Of a DNA stretch of 6,209 nt, positions 5,577-6,209 are shown in pieces (position 1 is the first letter of the stretch; each line of letters starts with the position of its first letter). The notes beneath the pieces were generated by a model. That model was not told where the DNA came from. It was given only the letters and a program-made list of their open reading frames with translations, and searched no databases. A program made the translations under genes and the position numbers. This stretch comes from Candidatus Thorarchaeota archaeon (GTDB taxonomy: Archaea; Asgardarchaeota; Thorarchaeia; Thorarchaeales; Thorarchaeaceae). The stretch lies in assembly GCA_003345555.1 (NCBI GenBank), contig PRDJ01000028.1, positions 1-6,209 of the forward strand. Reading direction: 5' to 3'.

Positions 5577-5701
5577 CTGTCTCTGATTATCGGAGTTCAA
5601 TAGGAACGAGTCACGCTGATGCCAATGGCGTACACGGAAATTGTTGGTGCTTTTATTGTATAGTAACGAACACTGCGACAAATCACAGAGGAAGAGACTG
5701 C

Positions 5702-6209
5702 ATGCAGCTGACCATTGACCTAGCATCATTTGCGAATCTGTCGACCTCAGTATTCTCGATTACCATCGCGGTATTTCTCATCTCAGTGTGGGTCAGGCAG
5801 AAGAACCACCTGTACACAGACTTGCCGCTATTGTTCGGAGTAATGTTCATGGCACAAGCCCTCAATAGCATCGTAAGGACGCTCCCAACCCTCGGAATAA
5901 TCGAAGCATCGCTTCTGCTCTTCCGGCTTCGCACATTGGTCATACTCGCGGTCGTCTTCCCATTGGCCCTAGTTGTCCTTCATATCTGGTTGCCAAGAAT
6001 ACGGGACAAGTACTCGAGAGTGCTTGGTGTCCTCGCAGCCTACTGGATTGTGGTCACCACACTCGCGCCATCGGAGGACCTCATAATGCTCCTCTGCATA
6101 CCGATTCTGCTGGTTCTTGATCTTGCCATGATCGTGACCTTCTCCATAACATGGAAGACAGGCAGACTCAAAGAGGTTAGGAGCAGTCTAATGGTTCTTG
6201 CCTTTCTCC
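5702..6209 (+). CDS. Multi-pass membrane protein of unknown function, 3'-truncated by the window edge (absent from the ORF track)
   Basis: Manual translation from ATG 5702 is open to the window end: MQLTIDLASFANLSTSVFSITIAVFLISVWVRQKNHLYTDLPLLFGVMFMAQALNSIV...LVILAVVFPLALVVLHIW...VLGVLAAYWIVVTTLA...LIMLLCIPILLVLDLAMIVTFSITWKTGRLKEVRSSLMVLAFL. At least five hydrophobic helices are separated by basic loops. A purine-rich GAGGAAGAG lies upstream. Confidence 0.85.
   Translation, partial: MQLTIDLASFANLSTSVFSITIAVFLISVWVRQKNHLYTDLPLLFGVMFMAQALNSIVRTLPTLGIIEASLLLFRLRTLVILAVVFPLALVVLHIWLPRIRDKYSRVLGVLAAYWIVVTTLAPSEDLIMLLCIPILLVLDLAMIVTFSITWKTGRLKEVRSSLMVLAFL

Noticed and set aside
5529-5943. Minus-strand ORFs 5529-5729 and 5683-5943
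   Set aside because: They overlap the start or body of the plus-strand membrane protein gene, which has far more protein-like features.

Overview
Gene-dense prokaryotic window with archaeal-style signals (GAGGTG/GGTGAT ribosome-binding sites, TATA-like boxes, several probable TTG starts). An Asgard/Thorarchaeia-like host is my inference and is not proven. The core is a divergently transcribed four-gene cluster. Leftward are an uncharacterised ~385-401 aa soluble protein and a ~300 aa protein of the CrtC/AttH/tocopherol-cyclase-like (DUF7064/7065-type) group. Rightward are a stand-alone phospho-histidine swivel domain and a stand-alone PEP-synthase/PPDK-type ATP-grasp domain. No pyruvate-binding TIM-barrel domain is present in the window. 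The best reading is a dikinase-type phosphotransferase split into three polypeptides that acts on an unknown small-molecule acceptor, possibly coupled to a lyase, hydratase or cyclase step. Downstream and convergent is a two-gene Fe-S operon (a 17-Cys polyferredoxin-like protein and an atypical 2[4Fe-4S] ferredoxin). Both window ends hold truncated multi-pass membrane protein genes; the right-hand one is missing from the ORF track. I found no rRNA, tRNA, CRISPR array or mobile element.
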